A DNA stretch of 64,000 nt from the IMG/VR virus record IMGVR_UViG_3300018080_008188, positions 1 through 64,000 of that record; one strand, written 5' to 3'. Within the stretch, counting starts at the first letter, position 1; each line of letters opens with the position of its first letter. The stretch is from a virus. The position numbers and the translations under genes are program-made. Below are positions 20,322-29,665 of the stretch, piece after piece. The notes under the pieces were generated by a model, which was given only the letters and a program-made list of their open reading frames with translations, did no database searches and was not told the origin of the DNA.

Positions 20322-20899
20322 CGGACAACATTGCGCCCCCGCTTGTCAGGCTTGCAAACGAGCTGGATGCTGCGGGAATGCCGGAGGAGGCCGATCGCGT
20401 AGATGCCATTCTGCGCCATGCGGCTTTGTGGGACAGGATTGGTAGAGCGCTGCGCCGGAAATACGACCGGCTGCGCACGCTGTTCGAGAAAAGCCGTTCA
20501 AAAACGGACGATGAAAAAAGGGAATACAGTGCCCCTGCGGGTAAGAGGCTGGACGACATGCTGCGCAAAAGGCTTGCCGGACCTGCCGAAAAGAGGCTTT
20601 ATGTATGGTTTTGTAACAGGTATGCCTCGTCGTGCGGACCGTGTAGGGCGAGACATGGCAGGATGCGCACGCTGGAGCAATGGCGCGCGAACGGGATGCC
20701 CGGACCGGGCGTGTGCGAAAAAGCAAAGTGCTCGTGCTCCCTGATCGGCATCGGACCCGGAGGAACGGTTCAGCAAACCGCTTCCGATCAGGACATTGCG
20801 GCGAATTCCATCGGCTTGCGGGACGACGGAAAGCTCGAAAACATGAACCAAGGGTTTTCTCTTGAGCCGTTCTTCAGCAATTACGGAGACATACAATAA
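20318..20899 (+). CDS. putative head protein with a MuF-like Cys cluster
   Basis: N-terminal shared motif LVRLANELDAAGMPEEADRVD; CGPCRARHG...PG...C...CSCSL. Confidence 0.6.
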   Translation: MTDNIAPPLVRLANELDAAGMPEEADRVDAILRHAALWDRIGRALRRKYDRLRTLFEKSRSKTDDEKREYSAPAGKRLDDMLRKRLAGPAEKRLYVWFCNRYASSCGPCRARHGRMRTLEQWRANGMPGPGVCEKAKCSCSLIGIGPGGTVQQTASDQDIAANSIGLRDDGKLENMNQGFSLEPFFSNYGDIQ

Positions 20900-20957
20900 C
20901 GCAACCGTCCGGCAGCCTTTGCGTCGGCATTTTGTGCCGCATATAGCTATTGATAAT

Positions 20958-20976
20958 CTATTAATAATTTACCATT
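20958..20976 (+). promoter_or_regulatory. putative late promoter motif (copy 2)
   Basis: ctattaataatttaccatt. Confidence 0.7.
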
Positions 20977-21021
20977 CTTCCGAAGGGCCGCACGGCCGTT
21001 TTCTTTTCATGCGGAGGGGCG

Positions 21022-21639
21022 ATGAGCGGAGAAACAGCAGTAGTCAAATCGGCGCAGAACATTCCGCGTTCGCTTGAAATCTCCGAAGAAGAGAAGCAGG
21101 CGGCGCGCATGTCGCTTGAGGCGCTCCAGGCTTTCATGAAGAAGCTCGGGGAGGCGCAGCAGCACGACGAGCGCCTGTCCAATGTGCTCAAAAGGGTTCC
21201 GGAGGCTGTTCCGGACCAGATGTACGAAATACGGCATCTGCTGCACCAGTTTCAGAGCGAAGTCAGGTCGAACTACAGAAACCTGATACCCGAGTTTGGA
21301 AAGGCGCTCGACCTCATGAGTCCGCTTCTCAAGGACACGGAAACAGCTGAGATAAAGAATTCGCTTGTTGACACGATGCAGCGCATCTCTGACGCCGTCG
21401 AAACCTACATGGAGGAACTCGACGCTTTCTCGCCGGAGCAGGTGCAGAACCTGACTATGCTTGCCGGAAAGATAGCGCAGCTGGTAAACAGCATGGAAAC
21501 GCTGGTGGATGTCCAGTTGCGAGAGCATTTCAACAAAAATGTGCTGAGGCGCAGAAAGTCGATTGCTGAAATAAGGTTGGGAATCATGAAGCGCGCAAGG
21601 CTTATAAGGCTGTTTGGGGGCAATGATGGCGATCATTAA
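21022..21639 (+). CDS. helical hypothetical protein
   Basis: GGAGGGG RBS; 205 aa; VVKSA|Q near the N-terminus. Confidence 0.75.
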   Translation: MSGETAVVKSAQNIPRSLEISEEEKQAARMSLEALQAFMKKLGEAQQHDERLSNVLKRVPEAVPDQMYEIRHLLHQFQSEVRSNYRNLIPEFGKALDLMSPLLKDTETAEIKNSLVDTMQRISDAVETYMEELDAFSPEQVQNLTMLAGKIAQLVNSMETLVDVQLREHFNKNVLRRRKSIAEIRLGIMKRARLIRLFGGNDGDH

Positions 21640-21832
21640 GCGTTCTGAAGCGAAAATAGGCAGCGTCTTCCGTGACCGCGGAGAGGCGCTTGAGGAAGTA
21701 GCCGCGCGCAGCGTCTGCTGCGCAAAGTGCGGCAAGAAGCTGGATCCGGAGTCTCCGGGACCGCTTGTTCGGTGCGCCGCGTGCGGATTCATGACTCCGA
21801 GAATGCTGTCTGCCGAGGAGGGTCATGCCTGA
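21623..21832 (+). CDS. small Zn-ribbon protein
   Basis: CAKC...CAAC; overlaps both neighbours. Confidence 0.55.
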   Translation: MMAIIKRSEAKIGSVFRDRGEALEEVAARSVCCAKCGKKLDPESPGPLVRCAACGFMTPRMLSAEEGHA

Positions 21833-22781
21833 GCAGAGAAAATGCTCGGTATGCGGAAATGTCCCCAAAAGACCTTTTGCGGTAAGGAGCCCTGCGGTGT
21901 GCAGGGCGTGCTATTCGAAAAGCAGGCATAAAAAGGAAACCTGTTTTTGTTGCGGAAGGCTCTGGTGGGTGGCAAAGAGGCAGGATGGAAAGCCTATTTG
22001 CCGAAAATGCGCATGGAGACAGTATTCGAGGCCAACGGGCGTTTGCCTGTTGTGCGGAAAAGAAGCTGAGATCCACTCAAGAACATCAGATGGGCACCCA
22101 GTCTGCGGTCGATGTCATGCCAGACCGAAAGCAAAGTGCTCATCATGCGGACGGGTCAGGCGCATAAATTCCAGGAACAGCGGCAGGCCAATTTGCGCCA
22201 GCTGCTATGTGGCTCCGGAGGCCACCTGTGTAGAATGCGGACTTGTGAGACCAATACATGGCAACGGAAAGTGCGCTTCTTGCTATCGAACGCCCAAAGA
22301 GAAATGCGGCAAATGCGGCAAAATAAAAGCCGTACATGTGAGAAAGAAAGGCAAGCCGCTTTGTATTACATGCTATGACCCTCCGAAACGAGCCTGCTCG
22401 GCCTGCGGAAAAGTGAGAATGCTGAAGACCAGGGGCATATCGGAGCTTTGCCCAAGCTGCTACTGCAAGAGGCGAGAAGAGGCTGACCCTGCGCTGAAAG
22501 TGATAAGGCGGCTGAGAGTAAGGCTGCGCCACGCCTTTAGGTCATATTCCGAACACGGCAAGGTTAAAAAGTCGGATGAATACGGGATAGACTACAGGGC
22601 CATATGCGAGCATCTTGGTTCTTGTCCTGGGAAGTGGGGAGACTGGCACATAGACCATATCGTTCCGCTTAGTTTTTTCGACTTTGACGATCCAGAGCAA
22701 ATCAAGAAAGCGTTTGCTCCGGAAAATCACCGATGGGTTACCGCCGCAGAAAACCTGAAAAAAGGAGCGAAAATGCCATGA
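21825..22781 (+). CDS. HNH endonuclease with tandem CxxC Zn-ribbon repeats (putative free-standing homing endonuclease)
   Basis: About 7 CxxC...CxxC units, then WHIDHIVPL...NHRWVTAAENLKKG. Confidence 0.85.
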   Translation: MPEQRKCSVCGNVPKRPFAVRSPAVCRACYSKSRHKKETCFCCGRLWWVAKRQDGKPICRKCAWRQYSRPTGVCLLCGKEAEIHSRTSDGHPVCGRCHARPKAKCSSCGRVRRINSRNSGRPICASCYVAPEATCVECGLVRPIHGNGKCASCYRTPKEKCGKCGKIKAVHVRKKGKPLCITCYDPPKRACSACGKVRMLKTRGISELCPSCYCKRREEADPALKVIRRLRVRLRHAFRSYSEHGKVKKSDEYGIDYRAICEHLGSCPGKWGDWHIDHIVPLSFFDFDDPEQIKKAFAPENHRWVTAAENLKKGAKMP

Positions 22782-25700
22782 CGATTGTGAAATTTGCGGA
22801 ATCGCAATTCACATCCGACCAGATTCATACTCCAGATATTGCGCTTGCCGACGATCTGGTTCGCAGCAGGTTTCTACACAAGGTGGCCGCCCTGAAGAAA
22901 GTGGCTCCAAAAGCCAATGATTTTGTATATTTTTCATGCGTAATGATGCACAGCGGCGAAGCCGCATTGGTCGACCAAGCTACGGGCGAGCCGAAGCTCG
23001 GAAGCAACGGAAAACCGCTGACTTCGGAATGGATTATTGACAAAAAAGGGTCATGGAAATGGAAATGTAGCGATCCCAATGTGTTGCCATACAAAAACAA
23101 TAACGGTGACATATTCCCCGAATCGGAACTGAAGAAAGCTTATCGCCTGTGGGTCGGAAGACCGCTTTGTAAGGACCATCAGAGCAGTTCCGTAGATGGC
23201 GTGCGCGGCCTGGTCGTCGACACATACTGGGACGACAAGTACAAGCGCGTCGTCGCGCTGTGCGCACTGGACAAGATAAACTATCCGGATCTTGCAAGGA
23301 AAGTTTCCACCGGTTATGCGACAAATGTGTCCATGGGTACTGCAGTCGGTAAGTCCATCTGCTTCGAATGCGGCAACATTGCGCGCACCGAAGCCGAATA
23401 CTGTCTCCATGTAAAGGGCAAGACGACTTACGGCGAGATCAACATCGACTTGTCGCCAATCGAGCTGAGCATTGTCGTGACTGGCGCCGATCCCGGCGCC
23501 AAGCTGCGCAGCGTGATCGCAAGCCTGAACAAGTATTCCAAGGAGAAGGTCAACCAGGTGGAGCAGCTCAGAACGGCCGGATGTGTTGTCCCTGGCGAGG
23601 TGGACAGGCTTGAGAACGAGATAGGGGAACTGAAGCGCCAGCTTTCGCTGGCCGGCTCTGCGATTTCAAAAAAGGCTCTCGACGACGAGAGCAGCACAAA
23701 GATAAGGAACCTCATGGCGGTCATCGACAGCCCGAACGCGTCCGCCGACGCGAAGTCGATGGCCAACAGGCAGCTGATCCAGGAGCTTTCGGAAGACATG
23801 TCGCCTGGAGAGCTTGCCGCCGGAGAGGCGGGCACACCGGCAGCGTCCGAAGCTGGACGGGCGCCGGCGGTTTCCGAAGCAAACACTCCCTACGGCATGG
23901 CGGGAAACTACGCCATGACGGGGGGAAGGGGCGATGCCACGCAGGACCCCCATTCCAGCGGGCCGGTGCCGCACTGGTCCCTTGACGGGCGAGAGTCGCG
24001 TCTCGCCGAAATGGGCTTGGGTGCCCAGGTTCTGGTTATCCAGAGCAGATTGGATGCCATGGAGAAGGCGTTGCATGACATGCCAGGGAGCATCCGAGCA
24101 ACCGCCAGCAGCAGGACAAACAAGGAGGAAAACAACATGTCCAAGCTTGAAGAGAGGGCTCGCGCCCGTCGCGCGCTGTTCGACAAGAAAGCGTACCACC
24201 AGGGAGGCGGCGGAGTCAACGACCCGCAGACCTATCCGGTCGATCCGACGAACGACCAGCTGAAGACCAAGGGAGACAAGCAGATGGATGGACAGGGCCT
24301 GGAGCCCGGGTCCGACGGACTGCATCCCGGATACCAGAGCTACGGTAACGAGCTGGAGCTGAAGAAAAAGCTGTCCCGCGCCGAGCTGGAGCAGCGCAGG
24401 CTGCGCCGCGAGGCTCTTCTGAGCCAGGGCGAGGATAAGTTTTTCTCCGACGGGAACAATGTGTACAAGCGCGATGTGAGCGGAAACGTAACGCAGCTCA
24501 AGGAGATTCCGAAGCCTGCCATGTCGGCGGACGACGATCACGATCCGGATGAGCCGGTCGATCCGGCCGACCTTCTGAGCCAGGCGTACTGGCAGGGTGG
24601 CGGCGGAGTCAATGAGCCGCAAACCTATCCTGTCGACCCCATGAATGACAGCCTCAAGACTGATGGCGACAAACAGATGGAGGGTCAGGGAATGGAGCCC
24701 GGCAACGACGGAGTCCATCCAGGCTACCAGAGCTACGGCAACGAGGAGGCTCTTCGCAAGCGCCTGCTTCGCGCCGATCTGCGCGCTGAGTTCATAAAGG
24801 TTTTCGCAAACCATGAAAAGTCCGATATCAACAAGCAGGCCAGCCGCTGGGACGTGTATGCCGACGGCGAGAAAGTCATGACCGTCAAGGGCGGAGAGGC
24901 CTACGACGGCGAGTTCCTGGGACAGTACTGGGATTTCTTCTCGTCCAAGGACTACGGCAGAAGGCTGATGGCCGAACTTCGAGACAAGGGGCTTAGCAAA
25001 GTGGCTTACGAGCTGACCGGTCGCATCGTGACGGCGCAGCCCCCGATTCCAGCGCCTCCGGCTCCCGAAGCCGCAGCGCCTCCGGCGCCTCCGCTTCCGG
25101 CCGAAGAGCCCGCGCTTTCCGAAGGCGAGGAGCCGGCTGACGCAGAAAAGACCAAGGACGAGGTGGATGATGCGCTAAAGAAAGTCGAAGAGGATCTTGC
25201 GCACCTGAAGAGCCTTTTGGGTTCAGAAGGCGTGGCAACCAAGGGAAAGGAGGAACTTCCTCCTATCGAGGAAACCGTCCCGGCAACCGCTTCGTCAGAA
25301 ATGCAAATTCGCGTAGCTGAGCTGATCGAGGGTCTCGACAACTCCGGCGACGAGCTGGCGCTCCTGTCCGAGACGCTTGGAAGGAAACTGCAGCCCAAGA
25401 GCGAGGAAGAGGTAGCAGCGCGCGACGAGTTGGTGCAAATTGCGCGTGAATCGCTGGACGCGTGCGGCGAGCTTCGCAAGGACGCCGCGCTCGTGCTTGA
25501 AGCTGCCAAGGAAGAAGAAGGCGACGACAAGAAAGAGAAGGAAGACGATAAAGATAAGGACCTGCCCCCATTCATGAAGAGGAAGAGGGGCAAAGGCAAG
25601 GAAGAGGAAAGCGAGAAGAAGGAAGACAAGAAGGATAAGAAAGAAGAGGAGAAGGAAGAGGATAAGAAAGAAGACGAGAAAGACGACAAGAAGGAAGACA

Positions 25701-26803
25701 AGAAGAGCGAAGCGGAGCTGAAGCTGGAGCGCATGCTCGAAGCGCGCGCCGCAAAGCGGCGCCGGATGGTGCGAATTGCGCTTGGCGCCGAAGAGGCCGA
25801 AGGGCTTTCCGAACGCGTCGAGGCTCTTGAGGAGCTGGAGGAGAAGGAGCACGACATTCCCCTCGGTCCCGAAGAGAAGACTCCGGAGCCCGCTGCCGAG
25901 GACGACGACGATGAGCTTCTTGCCAAGCTCCTGTCTGAGTTCGAGGAAGAGGAAAAGAAAGAGGATGAGGAAGGCGAAGAGGACTTCGAGGACGAGCCGG
26001 AGCTTGACGCTTTTGACGGCGGTCTGATGGCAGATGCTGCGCAGCGCAGGGAATGGCGCGAGAAGCTGGCGTCCGACATGGAGAAAATGGCTGCTGGCGA
26101 CTACCAGCTGAAGCTGGACCCTGCCGCTGACATGGACACAGACATGGTTCCTGCCGCGCATCCGCAGGGCGGTTATTCGCTTGAGGGTCTGGACACCTCT
26201 CCTTCCGACGAGGGGCACAAGATCGAACGCATCGACGAGATCAAGGCCAAAATCATGAAAGCAGTCGAAAGCCTTCCTCCGGTGCGCGAGGCTGTCGAGC
26301 GCGTCGGTGACTTGCTGAAGTCCGGTGCGCTGATTGAAGCCGATCTTGGCGACGAGGCGAAGCTCAAGGCTCTTGCCGTCGATCCGGAAGCCGCAAAGTA
26401 CTGGAGCCAGTACTTCGGCGAAGGCGACCAGGCAAGCAAGCAGTTCGGTCAGGAGCTGACCAAGGAGTTCGTCCAGAAGAAGGCGAGCGCCGATGCCGAC
26501 ACATACCGGATCAAACTGGCTAGGGCCTATGATGTTGCTCTTGAAATGCAGGACAAGGGCATGATTGACGGTCAGAACGATCTGCACACCCAGGTTCACG
26601 AGCTGATGGAGTTCGACGACAAGGCTTTCGAGGCTTTCAAGAAGTCCATCGACCGGTTCCCCGGAACCGGAGGCTCGGTCCGAACCGCGAGTGCCGGAAA
26701 GGCGATCGAGGTCGGAGTTCAGAACGAAGTCGGAGAAGGCGGCCATGCTGCCATGGCTGATGACGCAGTGTCGCTTGCCAGCCAGCTGAAGCGAATTTGG
26801 TAG
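22778..26803 (+). CDS. prohead maturation protease fused to scaffold protein
   Basis: NNNGDIF, KDH (His), NVSMG (Ser), CFEC/C..H, ELSIVVTGADP; then long acidic/coiled-coil and K/E/D-rich segments; lies upstream of the capsid genes. Confidence 0.8.
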   Translation: MTIVKFAESQFTSDQIHTPDIALADDLVRSRFLHKVAALKKVAPKANDFVYFSCVMMHSGEAALVDQATGEPKLGSNGKPLTSEWIIDKKGSWKWKCSDPNVLPYKNNNGDIFPESELKKAYRLWVGRPLCKDHQSSSVDGVRGLVVDTYWDDKYKRVVALCALDKINYPDLARKVSTGYATNVSMGTAVGKSICFECGNIARTEAEYCLHVKGKTTYGEINIDLSPIELSIVVTGADPGAKLRSVIASLNKYSKEKVNQVEQLRTAGCVVPGEVDRLENEIGELKRQLSLAGSAISKKALDDESSTKIRNLMAVIDSPNASADAKSMANRQLIQELSEDMSPGELAAGEAGTPAASEAGRAPAVSEANTPYGMAGNYAMTGGRGDATQDPHSSGPVPHWSLDGRESRLAEMGLGAQVLVIQSRLDAMEKALHDMPGSIRATASSRTNKEENNMSKLEERARARRALFDKKAYHQGGGGVNDPQTYPVDPTNDQLKTKGDKQMDGQGLEPGSDGLHPGYQSYGNELELKKKLSRAELEQRRLRREALLSQGEDKFFSDGNNVYKRDVSGNVTQLKEIPKPAMSADDDHDPDEPVDPADLLSQAYWQGGGGVNEPQTYPVDPMNDSLKTDGDKQMEGQGMEPGNDGVHPGYQSYGNEEALRKRLLRADLRAEFIKVFANHEKSDINKQASRWDVYADGEKVMTVKGGEAYDGEFLGQYWDFFSSKDYGRRLMAELRDKGLSKVAYELTGRIVTAQPPIPAPPAPEAAAPPAPPLPAEEPALSEGEEPADAEKTKDEVDDALKKVEEDLAHLKSLLGSEGVATKGKEELPPIEETVPATASSEMQIRVAELIEGLDNSGDELALLSETLGRKLQPKSEEEVAARDELVQIARESLDACGELRKDAALVLEAAKEEEGDDKKEKEDDKDKDLPPFMKRKRGKGKEEESEKKEDKKDKKEEEKEEDKKEDEKDDKKEDKKSEAELKLERMLEARAAKRRRMVRIALGAEEAEGLSERVEALEELEEKEHDIPLGPEEKTPEPAAEDDDDELLAKLLSEFEEEEKKEDEEGEEDFEDEPELDAFDGGLMADAAQRREWREKLASDMEKMAAGDYQLKLDPAADMDTDMVPAAHPQGGYSLEGLDTSPSDEGHKIERIDEIKAKIMKAVESLPPVREAVERVGDLLKSGALIEADLGDEAKLKALAVDPEAAKYWSQYFGEGDQASKQFGQELTKEFVQKKASADADTYRIKLARAYDVALEMQDKGMIDGQNDLHTQVHELMEFDDKAFEAFKKSIDRFPGTGGSVRTASAGKAIEVGVQNEVGEGGHAAMADDAVSLASQLKRIW
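24194..24775 (+). repeat. 63-aa internal duplication in the scaffold (24194-24382 and 24587-24775)
   Basis: Y(H/W)QGGGGVN(D/E)PQTYPVDP.ND.LKT.GDKQM.GQG.EPG.DG.HPGYQSYGNE..L.K.L.RA occurs twice. Confidence 0.95.
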
Positions 26804-26809
26804 AAAACC

Positions 26810-26844
26810 GGATGTCCGGGGACCTTATGGTCCCCGGATGTTCC
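26810..26844 (+). other. strong RNA hairpin without U-tract after the scaffold gene
   Basis: tccggggacc-ttat-ggtccccgga perfect 10-bp stem, extendable with G-U pairs. Confidence 0.7.
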
Positions 26845-26866
26845 ATAGCATAAAAAGGAGTGCCCG

Positions 26867-27010
26867 ATGCAGAGCAAGCGCGAAGTGCGACTGGAGCTTG
26901 AACGCGACCTGAAGCCTTTCGACATCACCGACGATGAGATAGACGCATTGCTCGAATGGCTCGGCTACAAGCCGAAGAAAGGCATGCTCATCCTTAACAC
27001 CGGAAAAATA
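26867..27010 (+). CDS. small hypothetical protein (47 aa, below the ORF-track cutoff)
   Basis: AGGAG RBS; MQSKREVRLELERDLKPFDITDDEIDALLEWLGY... Confidence 0.6.
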
Positions 27011-27026
27011 AGGAGTCAAACTGCCG

Positions 27027-27272
27027 ATGAAAAGCAGCGCTGATGAAATAGCGGCCGCGATGGTCGACGCCTTGAAAATGAGCAGGAAAGCCGGATGGGG
27101 CATGGGTTCTGTAAGCCTGGAGCATGTCATAGCAGAGCTGGCCAAGGCGCGCAGCTGCGCGGAAGTGGAAGCGGTAAACCAGAAATATGTGGCCAGCGGA
27201 AAGCTGGCTGACAAGACCGACCAAGGAATGATGGCTGTCGCCGACAGAAAGCGGGAGCTTGGATGCAAATGA
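27027..27272 (+). CDS. small putative head protein
   Basis: N-terminus ADEIAAAMVDAL is shared with the next two genes. Confidence 0.65.
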   Translation: MKSSADEIAAAMVDALKMSRKAGWGMGSVSLEHVIAELAKARSCAEVEAVNQKYVASGKLADKTDQGMMAVADRKRELGCK

Positions 27273-27294
27273 TGCCTGTGAGGAGGCTTGAACA

Positions 27295-27987
27295 ATGACC
27301 CTGAAGTCCTACCATGCCAACGACATTGCTGCCGCGATGTCTGGCATTCTTGAAGACGAGAGCTTTGCCGGACTCTATCGCACGGCATCTCTGGAACAAA
27401 AGGCTGAAGACAAGGGAGAGAAGAAACCGTGCGGCTGTTATGTCGCGGACGGTCCGTGTGTTCACGACGGGCTTGTGGCGGACGATGCCGTTTCCGAAAC
27501 GCCTGCGGAAAAGCCCGGAGAAGAGGCTCCGGCATGCGACGCCGGAGACATTCAGCTGGCGATTGCAATCGATTTCGCAGTAGAACGCCTTTCGAAGGTG
27601 GCTGGAGCGCTGGACAAATCCGGATTCGCCGGAGTGGCCGACAAGATCGACGCTGTAATTTCCAACCTTTCCGACAGCCGCCCGAAAGTTGCGATTGCTG
27701 CCGCCAAAAAGGGCAAGAAGAACGGAAAGGGCGGAGACGGAAAGCCCGGGCGTTCTTACAAGGAGTGGCTGAAGGCTCTTCCTGACGGCAAGGACAAAGA
27801 AGCCTTCCGGAAGCGCTATGAGGGCGCTATGGAAACCGCCAAGAAAAAAGGCATGAAAAAGAAGGACGCCGAAGAATACGCCGCGCGTACGGCTATCGAC
27901 AAGCTGCCGAAAAAGTACCTCAAAGAGCCGACCGGAGTCCACGGACCGGGAAAGAGCGGTCCAAAGGTCAAGAAGGGAAAGAAGTAG
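27295..27987 (+). CDS. putative head-internal protein with a Lys-rich C-terminal domain
   Basis: GAGGAGG RBS; shared helical motif; strongly basic tail. Confidence 0.75.
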   Translation: MTLKSYHANDIAAAMSGILEDESFAGLYRTASLEQKAEDKGEKKPCGCYVADGPCVHDGLVADDAVSETPAEKPGEEAPACDAGDIQLAIAIDFAVERLSKVAGALDKSGFAGVADKIDAVISNLSDSRPKVAIAAAKKGKKNGKGGDGKPGRSYKEWLKALPDGKDKEAFRKRYEGAMETAKKKGMKKKDAEEYAARTAIDKLPKKYLKEPTGVHGPGKSGPKVKKGKK

Positions 27988-27996
27988 GAGGCCGTC

Positions 27997-28380
27997 ATGA
28001 AAAACTCGGACCAGATTGTAGCAGGAATGGTTGCTCTGCTTGAGGACAGCGGTGTTCTTGAAAAGAAGGCCTCCGGCGACGAACTTGTGGCGATTGCCGG
28101 ATCGCTTGTCCGCGTGGCAGACCTTGCCGACGCCGCAGGCGCCCCGGATGTTGCCGATGCAGTTTCCATGGCTCTCGGAAACCTCGCTGAAAAGGGCGTG
28201 GAAGCCGAAGTTGCAATGCCAGGCGCTGACGCCGAGTTGACGGCTCCGGACCTTGTTCTAAAGGCGGAAGCCGACACACTGATCAGGATCGCCGACAGGC
28301 TCGACAAGATGGGGCATGAGGAAGCCGCGTCCGCATTGGACATTGCCCTTTCGCATCTGGGCGAAAGGCTTTCGGGCTAG
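27997..28380 (+). CDS. small protein made mostly of two shared helical motifs
   Basis: LVRVADLADAAGAPDVADAV and LIRIADRLDKMGHEEAASALD. Confidence 0.75.
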   Translation: MKNSDQIVAGMVALLEDSGVLEKKASGDELVAIAGSLVRVADLADAAGAPDVADAVSMALGNLAEKGVEAEVAMPGADAELTAPDLVLKAEADTLIRIADRLDKMGHEEAASALDIALSHLGERLSG

Positions 28381-28416
28381 TTCGCAGCTCCTCTGGCTGT
28401 GGGAAAGGCATCAGAA

Positions 28417-29112
28417 ATGGTATTGAGGCTCATTCAGATCGGCAACGCGCTGTCGACCAGCTATACGGTAGACAGTACTTCCGTTTTCCAGCCGGGCAAC
28501 ATCGGCCAGCTAAAGGTCGTTGGAAACCAAGTGGTTGCAGGGCTGTCTGACGGAACTGCCCCTTTCGGCATCATAGACGACGTCCGCACCGCCGCCTTCA
28601 CCACGCCCAGCATCGACGTGGTGACGGTCATACCGGCCGTGGGCGTCCAGGACGCGTACGGCCGGTACTACACTGTGGCTGAGGCAAAGCAGGAGCTGCC
28701 GGACTCGCAGATAGTCCCGTCCAGCTTCGTGTGCGATGTTGAAAACCTGGAATTGAACCACATAAACGGCATCCTTACGGCTCCGGCTGGCACGGAGCTG
28801 AACTTCGACCTAGACGGGGACCATATTCCCGACAGCATAAAGGTCATCTCAAGCTATGTGTCCAGGGTGCCCGACCTTCCGGGCGACGACACGACGCTTG
28901 GCAGCAACCGCGTGACGCTGTGGTTTTGCCGCGGAATATTTGAGACCGACCAGTTCGACCCGACGCAGCGCTACCCGATCAACGCCACTTTGTATGTGAA
29001 CGAGAACGGGCAGCTAACTTCAAAGCAGATAACCCCGCAGCATCCTCCGGTGGGCATCGTAACGGGTCCTCCCAGCGCGATGATCAACACGCTGCAGTTC
29101 CTGTGGGGATAA
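28417..29112 (+). CDS. capsid decoration/cement-like protein (paralog of 36037-36711)
   Basis: PFGIIDD, GSNRVTLW..RGIFETD and LYVNENGQLT parallel PLWLLDE, ASGKVTCW..PGVY and LYATATGLLT. Confidence 0.6.
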   Translation: MVLRLIQIGNALSTSYTVDSTSVFQPGNIGQLKVVGNQVVAGLSDGTAPFGIIDDVRTAAFTTPSIDVVTVIPAVGVQDAYGRYYTVAEAKQELPDSQIVPSSFVCDVENLELNHINGILTAPAGTELNFDLDGDHIPDSIKVISSYVSRVPDLPGDDTTLGSNRVTLWFCRGIFETDQFDPTQRYPINATLYVNENGQLTSKQITPQHPPVGIVTGPPSAMINTLQFLWG

Positions 29113-29122
29113 GGAGGCGCGC

Positions 29123-29665
29123 ATGTCTTTTGCACGCGAAGACCGCATGGCGTGGGACGCCAGCGAAGTCATGGCGGAGCTGGAGAAAATAGCCAAAGAA
29201 ACCGGTGTGCTGGACGGTCCGCCGCCCGAGGCGTTTCAGCCGATTGTGATTGAAGCGGAAGAGAAAGAGCCGGAGCTGGAGCAGAAGCAGCCGGAGCCGG
29301 TCCAGCCCGCCGACGAGCAGAGGGCGGACGACGCGGGGATCGGAGTCGGGGAGCTTAATGGACTAACAGCCGCGGTCAAAAAAGGCCTAAAGGCTATGGC
29401 GTACAACCTGGCAGATGCCGGGATGATCAAGAAAGCCCATGCTGTTGAGTGCACGCTCAAGGAAATCGAACCCATCTGCGAGAACATCAGAGCCGTTGCC
29501 CAGCGCATTGCACGCATGGGGGACGGTTTTTTGCGTCAGAATGAGAATGTCCTGGCGACGTCTTCGTTCAGGCTGGCGACGTCACTCATGGAGAAGGCGG
29601 CCGAATACGAAGTGAACAAGCAGCAGCAGCAGGAGGAGGACAGCGATGCGCCACATCAAAGCTAG
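29123..29665 (+). CDS. putative head-internal protein
   Basis: AAGGAGG RBS; N-terminal SEVMAELEKIA motif; shared helical motif. Confidence 0.72.
   Translation: MSFAREDRMAWDASEVMAELEKIAKETGVLDGPPPEAFQPIVIEAEEKEPELEQKQPEPVQPADEQRADDAGIGVGELNGLTAAVKKGLKAMAYNLADAGMIKKAHAVECTLKEIEPICENIRAVAQRIARMGDGFLRQNENVLATSSFRLATSLMEKAAEYEVNKQQQQEEDSDAPHQS

Noticed and set aside
25500-25720. Purine-rich gaa/aag/gac run as a DNA repeat element
   Set aside because: It is explained by the K/E/D low-complexity segment of the scaffold.
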